A stretch of DNA of 64,000 nucleotides from Candidatus Versatilivorator sp. (GTDB taxonomy: Bacteria > Acidobacteriota > Terriglobia > Versatilivoradales > Versatilivoraceae), in assembly GCA_965207735.1 (NCBI GenBank), contig OZ242296.1, positions 3,360,001 through 3,424,000 on the forward strand. The letters run 5' to 3'. Under the pieces are notes generated by a model that saw nothing but the letters and a program-made list of their open reading frames with translations, searched no databases and was not told the origin of the DNA. Of this stretch, positions 27,618-40,400 are shown in pieces (position 1 is the first letter of the stretch; the number at the start of each line of letters is the position of its first letter). The position numbers were made by a program, and so were the translations under genes.

Positions 27618-27808
27618 AGCGCGGCGCCCCGAAATTCACAAGAACAATTAACATCGATTCCCCCGCACCCGGCCGGCCTCCCCAGGGTGGGCCAGTGCCA
27701 TTTTGCTTTGGGTCCCTGGATCGGACTCGTCTATGATGCCGTCGAACCCGATGGTTTCGGGGGTTCAGAATTTCCGAGACAGAGACGGGAACTCACGAGG
27801 ACAGGAAA

Positions 27809-28294
27809 ATGACGCTGGCCAATTGGAAAACTCAGTCTTACAACGGGATTCAAAGCCTGCTTTTCAACAACCCCCATCGAGTTATCGAGTTTAGCGTCGC
27901 TCAGAGCGACGGCAGCCGGCGCAACCGGGCGGACATTCCGGCCCCGGTAAGAAGGCTCTATGAAACCGAGGCGCCGGAGGAACGCACGTGCCTGCAGACG
28001 ACCCAGTTCGTCCACCACATGATGATCCCTCCCGGGGGGCGCCACGTGGCCGAACTCCACATCCATCCGGATGCGGAAGAGATCCTGGTAGTGACCAGGG
28101 GGAGTGGCCAGGCTCGCATTGCAGGCCAAAGCCATCCGGTGGCAAGAGAGGACGTGCTCTACGTCCCTCCCGGAGCCGAACACGAAATTCGTAACACCGG
28201 TGAGGAGTTTTTAGGTATACTGTTTATCAATGTGCCGACGGGAGAAGGTCTGAAGAAGCTGCTGTCGGCCCAGGAGAAGACCAAGAGCCCATGA
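27809..28294 (+). CDS. Cupin domain protein
   Basis: HIHPDAEE..VTRGSG and LYVPPGAEHEIRN cupin motifs; RBS AGGA. Confidence 0.85.
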   Translation: MTLANWKTQSYNGIQSLLFNNPHRVIEFSVAQSDGSRRNRADIPAPVRRLYETEAPEERTCLQTTQFVHHMMIPPGGRHVAELHIHPDAEEILVVTRGSGQARIAGQSHPVAREDVLYVPPGAEHEIRNTGEEFLGILFINVPTGEGLKKLLSAQEKTKSP

Positions 28295-28607
28295 TCCCCT
28301 CGCACCGCCGGCTCAAAATCGGACCGGGGCGGTGCATCGCCGAAGTGATGTGGCGATCGACCCGGTTTTGCTGTAGTTCGGTTTCCCACCGACGACGAGC
28401 ATGAGTTTTTAGAGAGACCCTCCCGGACAGGATCCTCAGCGCTTCCCCATCAGGCAGCCGTTCCTCCCATCAGGATTCATCCTGAGACGATGCAACTTTC
28501 CGCACGGGAAAGACATCTGGTTAGGAGGCACGTCGCTGTCTCCGGTTGAGACGGGACAAGCGCCGGCGCCTGCCGGCATGAATTGATCGATTGAAGGAGA
28601 GTATTGA

Positions 28608-28793
28608 ATGTTTGTGACTTGCCCCAAATGCAACCGGGGACTTACCGTCAAGGAACTGGTGACCGATTCTCACCAGTGCAGAACGGAGAAGCCCTCCTAC
28701 CAGGCCACGCGGTCGAGCAGGACTCCCCGCAACCCGAAGTACATCAAGGACAACTTCGATTCCTTGGTTGCTGCTGCCCTGAAGAACTCCTAA
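28608..28793 (+). CDS. Small putative zinc-binding protein (61 aa)
   Basis: CPKC...HQC ligands; strong RBS GAAGGAG; gene-like codon use; occupies an intergenic gap. Confidence 0.6.
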   Translation: MFVTCPKCNRGLTVKELVTDSHQCRTEKPSYQATRSSRTPRNPKYIKDNFDSLVAAALKNS

Positions 28794-28839
28794 AGGTTCT
28801 CCTCCCCCTAACCCCGGCGGCCGGCGGCTCGCCCTGAAC

Positions 28840-30689
<1,850 letters not shown>

Positions 30690-30693
<4 letters not shown>

Positions 30694-31043
30694 GGCTGTT
30701 CCTCCCGATCGCCTTGCTTCAGGCCTTGCATCTCGGCGTGGTGCCTGGCGTCAAGCCGGTTTAACAGCAGCGAATAGATCAGTATCAGGATCACGAAGAC
30801 GATGATGGACCCCTGCTGGGCAAACCAGAATCCCAGGGGATAGCCCCCCAGGCTGTAGGCGTTGAGAGAATCGGCAAAGAGAACCCCGCAACCGAGACCG
30901 GCGATCGCCCAAACCACCAGCAGCACCATCATGATCTTCAGGTTGGAGCGCCAGTAATGCTTCCGCGATTCCTGAAGAGCCGCGGTCAGAAACTCGGGGC
31001 GGGGCTGGGCGGGTGTGTCCTCCGACGATATCTGGTGAGACAT
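30690..31043 (-). CDS. DUF4212 / solute symporter small subunit
   Basis: YWRSNL..GYPLGFWFAQQGSI; overlaps the actP start (ATGA). ATG at 31043 with RBS AGAGGA. Confidence 0.85.
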
Positions 31044-31195
31044 GTCTTTCCTCTGGTTGAGCTGACGACTCGACGCAAAGGCGCCCATGTTACCAGCATT
31101 CGTTGGGTTTCGGAACGCCGCATTGCCCCCCTCCGGCTCGACGGCGGGCCGTGCCTTTGTGGGAGGTCGTGCGTTGGGGGACGCGGCTCTTAATT

Positions 31196-31345
31196 CGCCG
31201 CCTACGCGGCTCGGTTGGCGTAGAACTCACACGACCCCGGGTTTCCACCCGGGGCTACACGAGGCCGCAGCTACGCTGCTCGATAAGGATGACCTTTAAG
31301 CGACCTTGTCTCAGGTAACCCACGCTAACCGCCGCATACGCGGCT
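31196..31345 (+). repeat. REP-like cluster family B (CGCCGCNTACGCGGCT; CCCCGGGTTTCCACCCGGGGCTAC)
   Basis: Three related GCCGC..TACGC.GCT units and a palindromic CCCCGGGT/ACCCGGGG hairpin. Confidence 0.6.
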
Positions 31346-31442
31346 CTCCCTTAACCCACGACACTGCCGGTGTATAGGATTTCAATTGACTATCTCCGGG
31401 CGCCTGCTCCCCAAATTGGCAAAACGTCCTTCAAGAAACTCA

Positions 31443-31511
31443 GTATCGCCCCCCCCTTGAAGGGGAGTCGCAGAGAAGTCGAGCCGAATGGCGAAGGCTG
31501 ATGCGGGGGGC
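31443..31511 (-). repeat. REP/MITE-like element family A copy
   Basis: GTATCGCCCCCCCCTTGAAGGGGAGTCGCAGAGAAGTCGAGCCGAATGGCGAAGGCTGATGCGG; its reverse complement matches 27311-27417. Confidence 0.7.
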
Positions 31512-31661
31512 AATTACTCCTTGCGTTGGGACGGGGCAGACGGCAGTATGGGGGCTCTCACACACGGCGGTTGGCTGGAGATTTTCCGGCCGGGAGAACC
31601 GGGAAGGCTCGAATGCCGCCTGGAGTTCAAACTTGTTCGAATCAAAGGAGCTGAACCGACC

Positions 31662-33386
31662 ATGCAACGTCGAACTTTCTTAAGGACCGTAGGAGCCGCG
31701 GCTCCCGGGGCTTTGGCTGCACCTCTCGTCTCTGCATCGGCTGCCGGCCCGTCACCCTCCAAGGACTCCCGGGGATCCGGGGATCCGCGGGTCTTCTTCT
31801 TCGACGACGGGCGCCACGCCGCAGACCTGTACTGCTTCGAACCCCCAGTGACCCCTTCCGATCACGCCTTCATCGTAGACCAGCTCGCCAGCAGCGGTGT
31901 GGACGCCTTTGTCTATTTCGCCGGCGTCGAAGGGGGCACCATGCTCTACGACAGCAAGGTGGCTCAGATGTGGGGAGCGGAGGTCAAGCAATGGACCCAC
32001 TATGTCTGGTATCGGGCGGGACGGATACTGAAGCAGCTCGTCGAGGACGGCCACGATCCCCTCAAGATCATGGTGGACCGCTGCCACCAGCAGGGTATTC
32101 TGATGATCGCCAGCACCTGGGTGAGCCTGCAGGGAGGGACCCGCGAAAAAAACGAAGGCCTGGGCCGATGGTCGGCCTTCGCCATGGACAACCCGCAGTA
32201 CCACGTGGGAGATGATCCCGACCCCCGTGCCAGGGATATCAACAAGACGCGCTTCAATTTCATGCACGAGGCGGTGCGGGAGGAACGGTTTCCGGTTTTC
32301 GAGGAGCTGCTGTCCCGCTATGAGACCGACGGCATCGAGCTGAATCTGACCTCGGCCACGCCCTTCTGCCGCTTCGATCAGGCCGGGGAGATGGCGCCGG
32401 TGATGACCCAATGGATCCGGGAACTGCGCAAGGTGGCCGACAAGGCCCAGCAGGCGCAGGGACGGCGAAAGCGCATCTACGCCCGCGTCCCTGCCCACCC
32501 GGACGCCTGGAAGCTGGTGGGCTACGAGGTTCCCACCTGGATTTCGGAGAAACTGGTGGACGGTCTCTTCTGTGAAGGCAGCTACACCGAGGACGAGGGA
32601 ATCGTGCAGGACGTGGATTGCACCCGGGTGGTGAAGCTCACCCGTGAGACCGGAACCCGCGCCTACTTTTCCATGCACAACGGGCTGGGCCGGCAGTTCG
32701 CCCGATACGCCACCCCCGAAATGATCTGGGCCGGCGCCGCCACCGCCTACGATCAGGGGGTGGACGGCGTCGCCATGGCCGACCACCTCTGGACCCCCCA
32801 AGGATGGCCCTGGACGGCCCAGGAATACGACACCCTGCGCCTGTTGCCTCACCCGGAACTGCTGGCCACGGCCGACAAGCTCTACATGGTTCGGACCCGC
32901 AAGGAGCAGGACACCTCCATGGACTGGTTGCCCGACAGGTCGAAGGGTCTGCCCCAGGAGCTTGCCGAGGGGGCCTCGACCGAGGTCTCCTTCCCCATGG
33001 CGGACGATATCGAGCACTGGCGAAAGCTGGGACGGGTTCGCTCGGTGGTCCTGAGGGTGCGCTTCGGGGGCATCGTCCCGGACATCGATCGGGTCCGGGT
33101 CGAGTTCAACGGCGAGGTACTCCCCGATTCCATCCTGCAGAAGGTGGACATGACCTATCGGCTGGTGGGCCAGAATTCCAGCTCCCATTCCATCGGACCC
33201 TACGGATACGGCTACGACTACCATCTGGGTCCGGAGTTCACACCCAAGAAGGGCCGCAACAGGCTGAAGGTCACCGTTCTGAAGAGGGACCGCGACATCC
33301 AGGGGAACCTTTCCCTGGTCCGTGTCGACTGCAGAGTGGCCTATCGACGCCACCGCCACTTCGAAGAACGGCCTATTGAGTATTGA
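31662..33386 (+). CDS. Tat-exported putative glycoside hydrolase-like TIM-barrel protein
   Basis: MQRRTFLRT Tat signal; FFDDGRH, DPLKIMVDRCH, FNFMHEAVRE, YETDGIEL motifs resemble GHL10/DUF187-like proteins; RBS AAAGGAG. Confidence 0.65.
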   Translation: MQRRTFLRTVGAAAPGALAAPLVSASAAGPSPSKDSRGSGDPRVFFFDDGRHAADLYCFEPPVTPSDHAFIVDQLASSGVDAFVYFAGVEGGTMLYDSKVAQMWGAEVKQWTHYVWYRAGRILKQLVEDGHDPLKIMVDRCHQQGILMIASTWVSLQGGTREKNEGLGRWSAFAMDNPQYHVGDDPDPRARDINKTRFNFMHEAVREERFPVFEELLSRYETDGIELNLTSATPFCRFDQAGEMAPVMTQWIRELRKVADKAQQAQGRRKRIYARVPAHPDAWKLVGYEVPTWISEKLVDGLFCEGSYTEDEGIVQDVDCTRVVKLTRETGTRAYFSMHNGLGRQFARYATPEMIWAGAATAYDQGVDGVAMADHLWTPQGWPWTAQEYDTLRLLPHPELLATADKLYMVRTRKEQDTSMDWLPDRSKGLPQELAEGASTEVSFPMADDIEHWRKLGRVRSVVLRVRFGGIVPDIDRVRVEFNGEVLPDSILQKVDMTYRLVGQNSSSHSIGPYGYGYDYHLGPEFTPKKGRNRLKVTVLKRDRDIQGNLSLVRVDCRVAYRRHRHFEERPIEY

Positions 33387-33418
33387 GGTCCGGTGAAATT
33401 TGCGGGCTGGGGCCGGCG

Positions 33419-34933
33419 TCAGCCGGCAAGCGCATGGTAGACCGGTTGGAGTTGCTGCTGGATCTCCCGGTATCGCTGAAAGAGCGCAGTGTAGCCTCGG
33501 GCTCGCTCGGGGTCGGGTGAAACGATCTCGAGGTTCTGCCTGGACCCGGCCAGCGCTTGGGAGACATCCGAGAAGAGGCCGATTCCCACCAGCCCCAGCA
33601 GCGCCGCGCCATAGGCGGAGTCCGTCACCCGAGATACCTGCAGGGGCTTCCCCAGCACGTCGCAGACGATCCGGGTCCACAGCTTGCCCGCCGTGCCGCC
33701 GCCCACCACCGTGATGGTCCCCCGCGGGCCTCCCAGGTCATCCAGCACCCCCAGCGCATCCCGCAGGGAGAAGGCCGTGCCCTCGTAGGCGGCCCGAACG
33801 AAGTGCTCGGGACGGTGGCCGAAGGTGGCTCCGGTAAAGCTGGCCCGCAGCCGGCCGTCCCAGTAGGGACAGCGCTCGCCCGAAAGGTAGGGGTGGAAGA
33901 ACAGCCCCTCGGCCCCCTGCGGAACGGATTCCACGCCCGAATCCCACTCCTGGAAGGTCCCCGGCCGGCCGGCGCCCACGCTCCGGAACACCCACTGGAG
34001 AGCTGAAGTGCAGGAGTTGGTGCCGGCTTGAGAGTACCAGAGCGGGGCCACCGGATGAGGGTAGGTGATGAGTCCGGGGTGAGGGTGGGGCTCCTCCAGG
34101 ACCAGGTGGATCCCTCCCGCCGTGGCCAGCCGCAGCAGGCAGTCGCCGGGGCGAACCACCCCGGCGCCGTAGGTCTCAGCCGCGCTGTCCAGGGTTCCGT
34201 TGATCACCGGAACCCCGGCGGGAATTCCCAGGTCCTCGGCTGCAGCGGCCGCCAGCGAGCCGACCTGCGCCGTGGAGGGGTGCACCCGGGGCAGCACCTC
34301 GTCCGTCAGCCCCAACGGCTCCAGCAAGGGTCGGGACCAACTTCCGGCATGGGCGTCAAAGAGCAGGGAGGAAAGGGCGGTGGCGGGATCGGTCGTCCAC
34401 CGGCCCGTGAGCCATTTCGACAGGTAATCCTTGGAAAGAGCCACCCGGCGGACCCTGGACCACACCTCCGGTTCCTGCCGCCGCACCCACAGGAGCTGGG
34501 GCAGCGTCCAGGTGGGAGAGACACTGTTGTGGGACACCCTGAAGATCTCCTGGCCCCGTTGAGACTTCAGCTCCTCCACCTCGCTCAGGGAGCGCTGGTC
34601 ATACCACAGGATGGCGTTTCTCAGGGGACTGCCGCCGGCATCCAGCAGCACCGGAATGTGGGCAGCGCTGGACAGGGAAATCCCTTCGACCTGATCGGGC
34701 GGAACCGGGCTTTCCGACAGAAGCCGGCGGGTGGCCCCGGTGACTGCAGGCACCCAGTGTTGGGGGTCCTGCTCGGCCCAGCCGGCCCGCGGGGTGAGGG
34801 TGGGATAACCCGCGCTGCGCGCCCCCAGGCGCCGGCCCGAAGCATCCACCGCGCACACTTTGCAGGAGGAGGTGCCCAGATCGATCCCCAGAAGGAAGGG
34901 AGGGCGACCGGGCTGGATGGTGTCGGTGCTCAT
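33419..34933 (-). CDS. xylB: Xylulokinase / FGGY-family carbohydrate kinase
   Basis: LGIDLGTSSCK, AEQDP, AILWYDQR, PYLSGERCP, VVGGG. Confidence 0.85.
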   Translation of the reverse strand: MSTDTIQPGRPPFLLGIDLGTSSCKVCAVDASGRRLGARSAGYPTLTPRAGWAEQDPQHWVPAVTGATRRLLSESPVPPDQVEGISLSSAAHIPVLLDAGGSPLRNAILWYDQRSLSEVEELKSQRGQEIFRVSHNSVSPTWTLPQLLWVRRQEPEVWSRVRRVALSKDYLSKWLTGRWTTDPATALSSLLFDAHAGSWSRPLLEPLGLTDEVLPRVHPSTAQVGSLAAAAAEDLGIPAGVPVINGTLDSAAETYGAGVVRPGDCLLRLATAGGIHLVLEEPHPHPGLITYPHPVAPLWYSQAGTNSCTSALQWVFRSVGAGRPGTFQEWDSGVESVPQGAEGLFFHPYLSGERCPYWDGRLRASFTGATFGHRPEHFVRAAYEGTAFSLRDALGVLDDLGGPRGTITVVGGGTAGKLWTRIVCDVLGKPLQVSRVTDSAYGAALLGLVGIGLFSDVSQALAGSRQNLEIVSPDPERARGYTALFQRYREIQQQLQPVYHALAG

Positions 34934-35017
34934 CGGTCCTCGGTTTTCAGCCCGGAAACCGGGGCATGACCGGAGACAGCGCGGTGGGTGGAATACTCCG
35001 GTTCAGGCCGATCCGGC

Positions 35018-35953
35018 TTATCGGGACGGCTCCGACCCGGCCACGCGGGTCAGGCCGTGCCGCTCCAGGAATTCACTGATGATGGTGTGGGCCCGCAGCG
35101 TCTCTTCCGGACTGAAGGGCCCGTGCGGTCCCTCGGGTATGGTCACCAGGCGATTGGGGACACCGGCCTCGGTCAAGGCCTGGTGCAACCGAACGGCCTG
35201 CTGGTAGGGTACCAGCGGATCGTTCTCGCCGTGAACCGTCAGGATGGGGGGCAGCCCCGGGCGGACGTAGGTCAGCGGAGAGACCCTTCTGGCCAGCGAC
35301 TCCCTGTCCGGCCGCACTCCCAGCCAACGGAGCGCATATCTCTGAAGGTTGTCGCCCTGGATCAGATCCAGCACATCGGTGATGCCGTACCAGTTGACGA
35401 TGGCGGCCACCTTGGGTTCTCCCTTGCCCAGGCAGCGGTAGTCCAGTCCGGCCGCGGTCGTCAGCATGCCGGTGGTCAGAGCCAGGTGCCCCCCGGCCGA
35501 ATGGCCGGAGACCACGATGCGGTCGGGATCCAGGTTGTACTGGCCGGCGTGGTCCAGAACCCAGCGCAGGGCGCAGCGGCAGTCCTCCACCGCGGCCGGC
35601 GCCAGCGAAACCCCGCTCAACCGGTACTCGACGTTCACCACCGCCCACCCCATTTCGAGGTAGGGCAGCAGCCTCAGTATGGGCTCGTCCTTGTCGCCGG
35701 TGTACCAGCCTCCGCCGTGAAAGTAAACCAGCGTGGGCGCGGGCTCGCTCAGCCCGGTCGGCTGGTACAGATCCAGCTCGGCCTGCCAGTTGCTGGCGGT
35801 GAGATAGGTGATGTCCGGCTGCACCCGGTAGTTCTTGAAGGCAGTGGCCGCCCAGGCGGCCCTGGGGGAAAGCTGCCCCCAGGCCGGCAAGGCCCAGGCC
35901 ATTGTTAAAACCATTGCCGGAATGCCCGCGCGCAAGAATAGGCTTTGGAACAC
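35018..35953 (-). CDS. Secreted alpha/beta hydrolase (HSL-like esterase/lipase)
   Basis: YFHGGGW oxyanion motif, GHSAGG nucleophile elbow, HGENDPLVP, signal peptide. Confidence 0.88.
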   Translation of the reverse strand: MFQSLFLRAGIPAMVLTMAWALPAWGQLSPRAAWAATAFKNYRVQPDITYLTASNWQAELDLYQPTGLSEPAPTLVYFHGGGWYTGDKDEPILRLLPYLEMGWAVVNVEYRLSGVSLAPAAVEDCRCALRWVLDHAGQYNLDPDRIVVSGHSAGGHLALTTGMLTTAAGLDYRCLGKGEPKVAAIVNWYGITDVLDLIQGDNLQRYALRWLGVRPDRESLARRVSPLTYVRPGLPPILTVHGENDPLVPYQQAVRLHQALTEAGVPNRLVTIPEGPHGPFSPEETLRAHTIISEFLERHGLTRVAGSEPSR

Positions 35954-35969
35954 TTCTCCTCCTTCCTCC

Positions 35970-37412
35970 CTATACCAGAATGTCGTGGACCACGTTGCCG
36001 TAAACGTCGGTCAGACGCATGTCGCGGCCGCTGAAATGGTAGGTCAGCTTCGTATGGTCCAGACCCAGCAGATGGAGGATGGTGGCATGGAGGTCATGGA
36101 CATGCACCTTGTTCTCGACCGCGTAGTAGCCATACTCATCGGTGGCTCCGTAGACGGTTCCGGGCTTGACCCCGCCCCCGGCCAGCCACATGGTGAAGCC
36201 GAAGGGATTGTGGTCCCGGCCTACCTGGGAGAGGTCGCCGTCGTCCGGGGTCTGGGCCGTGGGGGTCCTCCCGAACTCACCGCCCCAGACCACCAGGGTC
36301 TGATCCAGCAGCCCGCGCGCCTTGAGATCCTTCAACAGTCCGGCAATGGGCTTGTCGGTGGCCTTGGCGTTGATTCGGTGGCGCTCTTGCAGACGGATGT
36401 GCTGGTCCCAGCGGTCGATCCGCCGTTGGGGGCTGAGGCATTCGATGAAGCGCACACCCCTCTCCACCAGGCGGCGGGCCAGCAGGCACTCCCGTCCGAA
36501 CTCCTCGGTTTCGGGCTCATCCAGCCCGTAGAGCTTCCGGGTCGCTTCCGATTCGTCACCCATGTCCAGCAGCTCCGGGACGGCCGATTGCATGCGGAAG
36601 GCCAACTCGTAGTTGGCGATGGTGGCCTCCAGCTCGCTGACCGCGCCAAAGCGGCCCACCACGCCGGCATTCAGCTTGCGGATGAGGTCCAGCTTGTCGA
36701 GCTGCAGCTCGGGGGCAGCCTCGCGAGGCCGGATGTCGGCGATCGGGTGCCGCCCCTTGCGGAACAGGGTTCCCTGGTAGGAGGCCGGTAGAAAGCCGCT
36801 GCCGAACAGATCGAGCCCTCCGGGAGGAACCATTTCGCTTTCCAGCACAATGAAGCCGGGGAGGTTGTCCGACTCGCTTCCCAGGCCGTAGGTCACCCAG
36901 GACCCCAGGCTGGGCCGGCCCTGAAAGCCGGTCCCGGAATGCATGAAGTAGTTGGCGGCGGTGTGCTCGGAGTGGTCGGCCACCATGGACCGAACGAAGG
37001 TCATGTCATCCACGCAGGTGGCCAGATGGGGAAAGAGCTCGCTGACCGCGGCGCCCGAGTGGCCGTAGCGCTTGAAGCTGTAAGGCGACCCCAGCACCAT
37101 CCGGCTGATCTGGAAAACAGTGGCCGGCGTCTCCATCCGGATGGGTTGGCCGCTCTCCTTCTGCAGCCTGGGCTTGGGGTCGAAGGTGTCCATCTGCGAG
37201 GGCCCCCCGTCCATGAAGAGAAAGATCACCGACCTGGCCTTGGGCGGATGGTGAGTGACTCTGGGAGCCAGAGGAGAGGTCGAGGTTCCGGCGGCCAGGC
37301 CCTGCTTCTCGGCCAGGAGGCAGGACAGGGCCAGGCCGCCGAAGCCGTTGGCGCACCGCCACAGCATTTCTCGGCGGCTGATTCCAGGCGGGGAAGTATT
37401 TGCCCAATGCAT
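35970..37412 (-). CDS. DUF1501 domain protein (Tat signal)
   Basis: SRREML, VIFLFMDGGPSQMDTFDPKP, WGGEFGRTP, GRDHNP, HVHDLHATIL. Confidence 0.92.
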   Translation of the reverse strand: MHWANTSPPGISRREMLWRCANGFGGLALSCLLAEKQGLAAGTSTSPLAPRVTHHPPKARSVIFLFMDGGPSQMDTFDPKPRLQKESGQPIRMETPATVFQISRMVLGSPYSFKRYGHSGAAVSELFPHLATCVDDMTFVRSMVADHSEHTAANYFMHSGTGFQGRPSLGSWVTYGLGSESDNLPGFIVLESEMVPPGGLDLFGSGFLPASYQGTLFRKGRHPIADIRPREAAPELQLDKLDLIRKLNAGVVGRFGAVSELEATIANYELAFRMQSAVPELLDMGDESEATRKLYGLDEPETEEFGRECLLARRLVERGVRFIECLSPQRRIDRWDQHIRLQERHRINAKATDKPIAGLLKDLKARGLLDQTLVVWGGEFGRTPTAQTPDDGDLSQVGRDHNPFGFTMWLAGGGVKPGTVYGATDEYGYYAVENKVHVHDLHATILHLLGLDHTKLTYHFSGRDMRLTDVYGNVVHDILV

Positions 37413-37421
37413 GTCAGTCCC

Positions 37422-40400
37422 TCAACGCAGATAAATGAATTCAGCCGAGTTCATCAAGGCGTGGCCCAGGTCGGCCCACACCCGTTGCTCCACGCTCTCC
37501 GTATTCTTTTCTTTGTCTCCCAGACTGCGGTATCGGTCCCCCGCTGAAGCCGCAAACTGCAGCAGGTCCCTCACCTCTCGCGGCTCCGGACGCCGGCCGT
37601 AGGCTTCCAGCACCATGCGCTCGGCTCGCCGGCCGGGGACGGTTTCCTCCGCGACCATGCGCCGGGCCCAAGCTTGCGCTTCCCCGGCAATGAACTCGTT
37701 GTTCAGCATCATCAGGGCCTGGGAAGGGACGGTGGAGACCCCTCTGCGCCCGATGGTCGAAATGGGCGGGGGGTAGTCGAACGCCAGAAACAGGGGCGTC
37801 AGGAAGTTGCGGCGGACCTGCACGTACAAGCTGCGACGGCCGTTCCCGTCCAGCGGTCCCGACTTGGGCTTGCCCCGGCCGTCCTGATAGGGGCTGATGT
37901 GGGGCGGCACGCTGGGACCGAAGAGTTGGCGATCGAGGTTGCCGCTCACGGCCAGGACGGAATCGCGGACCGCCTCGGCTTCCAGCCTGCGCACGGAGAC
38001 GTGATGGAGCAGCCGGTTGTCGGGATCGAGACTCAAGGCCCGAGCCTCCTGCCGGCCCGACATCCGGTAGGTGCTGCTCAGCAGAATCAGGCGCTGGACG
38101 GCCTTGACCGACCACCCCTCCCTCACGAAGCGATGGGCCAGGAAATCCAACAGCTCGGGGTGGCTGGGCCGGTCTCCCTGCTTGCCGAAATTGTCCACCG
38201 AGCGCACCAAGCCTTGCCCGAAGTGGTGCTTCCAGATGCGATTGACCATCACCCGGGCCGTGAGCGGATTGCGCGGGTCGACCAGCCGGTCGGCCAACTG
38301 CAGTCGGCCGCTTCCCTTCAGGATGGGGGGCTGTTCCTTCCCGGCCAGGATCTGCAGGAAGCGCCGCGGAACCTCCGGGCCCAGGTTCTTGTGATCCCCG
38401 CTCAGGTGGACGCGCACGTTGCGCGGATCCCTGTCCTGACTGCACATGGCGAACAGGGAAGGCGGAACCCGGTCGTCCAGAACCTGGCGTTGACCCTGCA
38501 TCCGCGCCACCGTTTCCCGCCCGTCCTTCCACAGGAGGGCGCCGAGGTCCTCCAGCCGGCCGCTCGGACTGAGGGAGGCCAGCAGCCAGCGGTGCCCCGG
38601 GGTCAGCGGGCCCGCGGCGTCCAGAGCCTCCAGGAAAAGGTCCCGGTAGGTTCGAGCCAGAAACCCCAGGGAGGAGGGGTTCCCCGAGACGATCCTTTGC
38701 AGCACTTCCAGGTGGGGGGCGTCCAGGTGGAGAGGAGGCTCCTTGGAGTTGGAGAAGACGATCTTGTCCACGACGATGTGCCCGGCGGCGCTGCGGTCCA
38801 GAATCTCGAAATGGCAGATTCGGCCCACCTGAATGGTCATCCGGGAGGTCTTCCACTGCAGTCGGCCGCCCTGCGGAATGAAGTTCGAACTCCTGACGCC
38901 GTCCGCAATCAGGCTTAGGCTCAAGGGAGGGAACGGTCGGCTGACTGCCGATTCCTCGGGTTTGCTTCCGGCCAACCTGACGTGCAGGTAGGTGCCATGC
39001 TCCCGGTAGTCCCGGGGGAGCTCAGGCACGGTGAACTTGCGGGAGGTCAGGCTGCCCATGAATCGGTTGGACCCGGCGCCAAAGGAGTTGGCCAGGGGCT
39101 GGCCCTGGTAGCTGCGGAGGGCCTGGTTGGACGGAATCCCCCGCTCCGGTCCGGTCCCGAAGGCCTGTCCCTGCACGGTCCATCCCTGGTAGTCGGGTTT
39201 GCCGAAATCCTCGAAGAGCACGTCCACCCGCTCTGGACCGTCGGACTCAGCTTTCGCCTCCGGCTTGTCCCTTTTTCCCAACTGGCCGCGAACCGCCTCC
39301 AGCCCCTCGGCAAATGAGCCGAATCGCCGGCTGGCCAGACCATCAATCAGGGCGGCCACTGGGTAGAACAGATCCTCCGGCTCCCCGCAAGCCTGCCGGA
39401 GGGTTTCGACCCAGGCTTGCAACAGGCCGGCATCCAACAGCCGCCGGCCGGCCAACTCGGCGACCTCGAAGGGCCCGCCCGAGGCCCGGGGGGAGGCCAG
39501 CTCGGCCGCCGCCAGCAGGTAGGGCTCGATCTGCCGGGCCATGCTCCAGCGGACCGGTTGCAGCAGAGTCCGGATGCCGGAGGTGCGATCCCGGATCTCC
39601 CGCCGGAGGGAGGCGATCTCCTGCCGCCGGGAAGCCGAATCGATGACCGCCTGGGCAAAATCGGTGCTGTGCAGCACACCGGCCAAGGCGTAGTAGTCGG
39701 TGGTGGGGATGGGGTCGAACTTGTGGTCGTGGCAGCGGGCGCAGGCCACTGTCAGGCCCAGGAAGGCCTTGGAGAGTACGTCGATCTGGTTGTCGACCTC
39801 GTCGGCCCGGGCCTTGACCGAGTCGATGGCGCCGTTGAGGCGTTCCCCCAGCCAGAAAAAACTGGTGCCGACCGGAGATTCCCAGTGGATTCCATCGGGC
39901 CCCAAACGCTTTTCCGCCAGCAGGTCTCCGGCGATGTGCTCGCGAACGAAGCGGTCATAGGGAACGTCCTGGTTGAAGGCCCGAATCACGGCGTCGCGGT
40001 AGCGCCAGACATCGGGCTTGGTGCGGTCGAACTCGTGACCGTCGGTTTCAGCAAAGCTGACCAGATCCAGCCAATGGCGTCCCCAGCGCTCGCCGTAGTG
40101 GGGAGAGGCCAGTAGCCGTTCCACGACCTTCAGGTGGCTTTCAGGGGAATCGTCGGCTTCAAACCGCTCGACTTCGCCTGTTGCAGGCGGCAGGCCGGTC
40201 AAACCGAAGGTGACCCGGCGGAGCCAGCTACGCTTGTCGGCTGGCGGGGCCGGTTTCAGTTCCTTGGACTCCAATCTGGAGAGCACGAAGTTGTCGACGG
40301 GAGAGGAAACCCAGCGGCTGTCCTTGACCGCCGGCAGCGGGGGATCCTGGATCGGGCGAAAAGACCAGAACCGGCGGCCCGCTTCCCAGTCGATGCCCCC

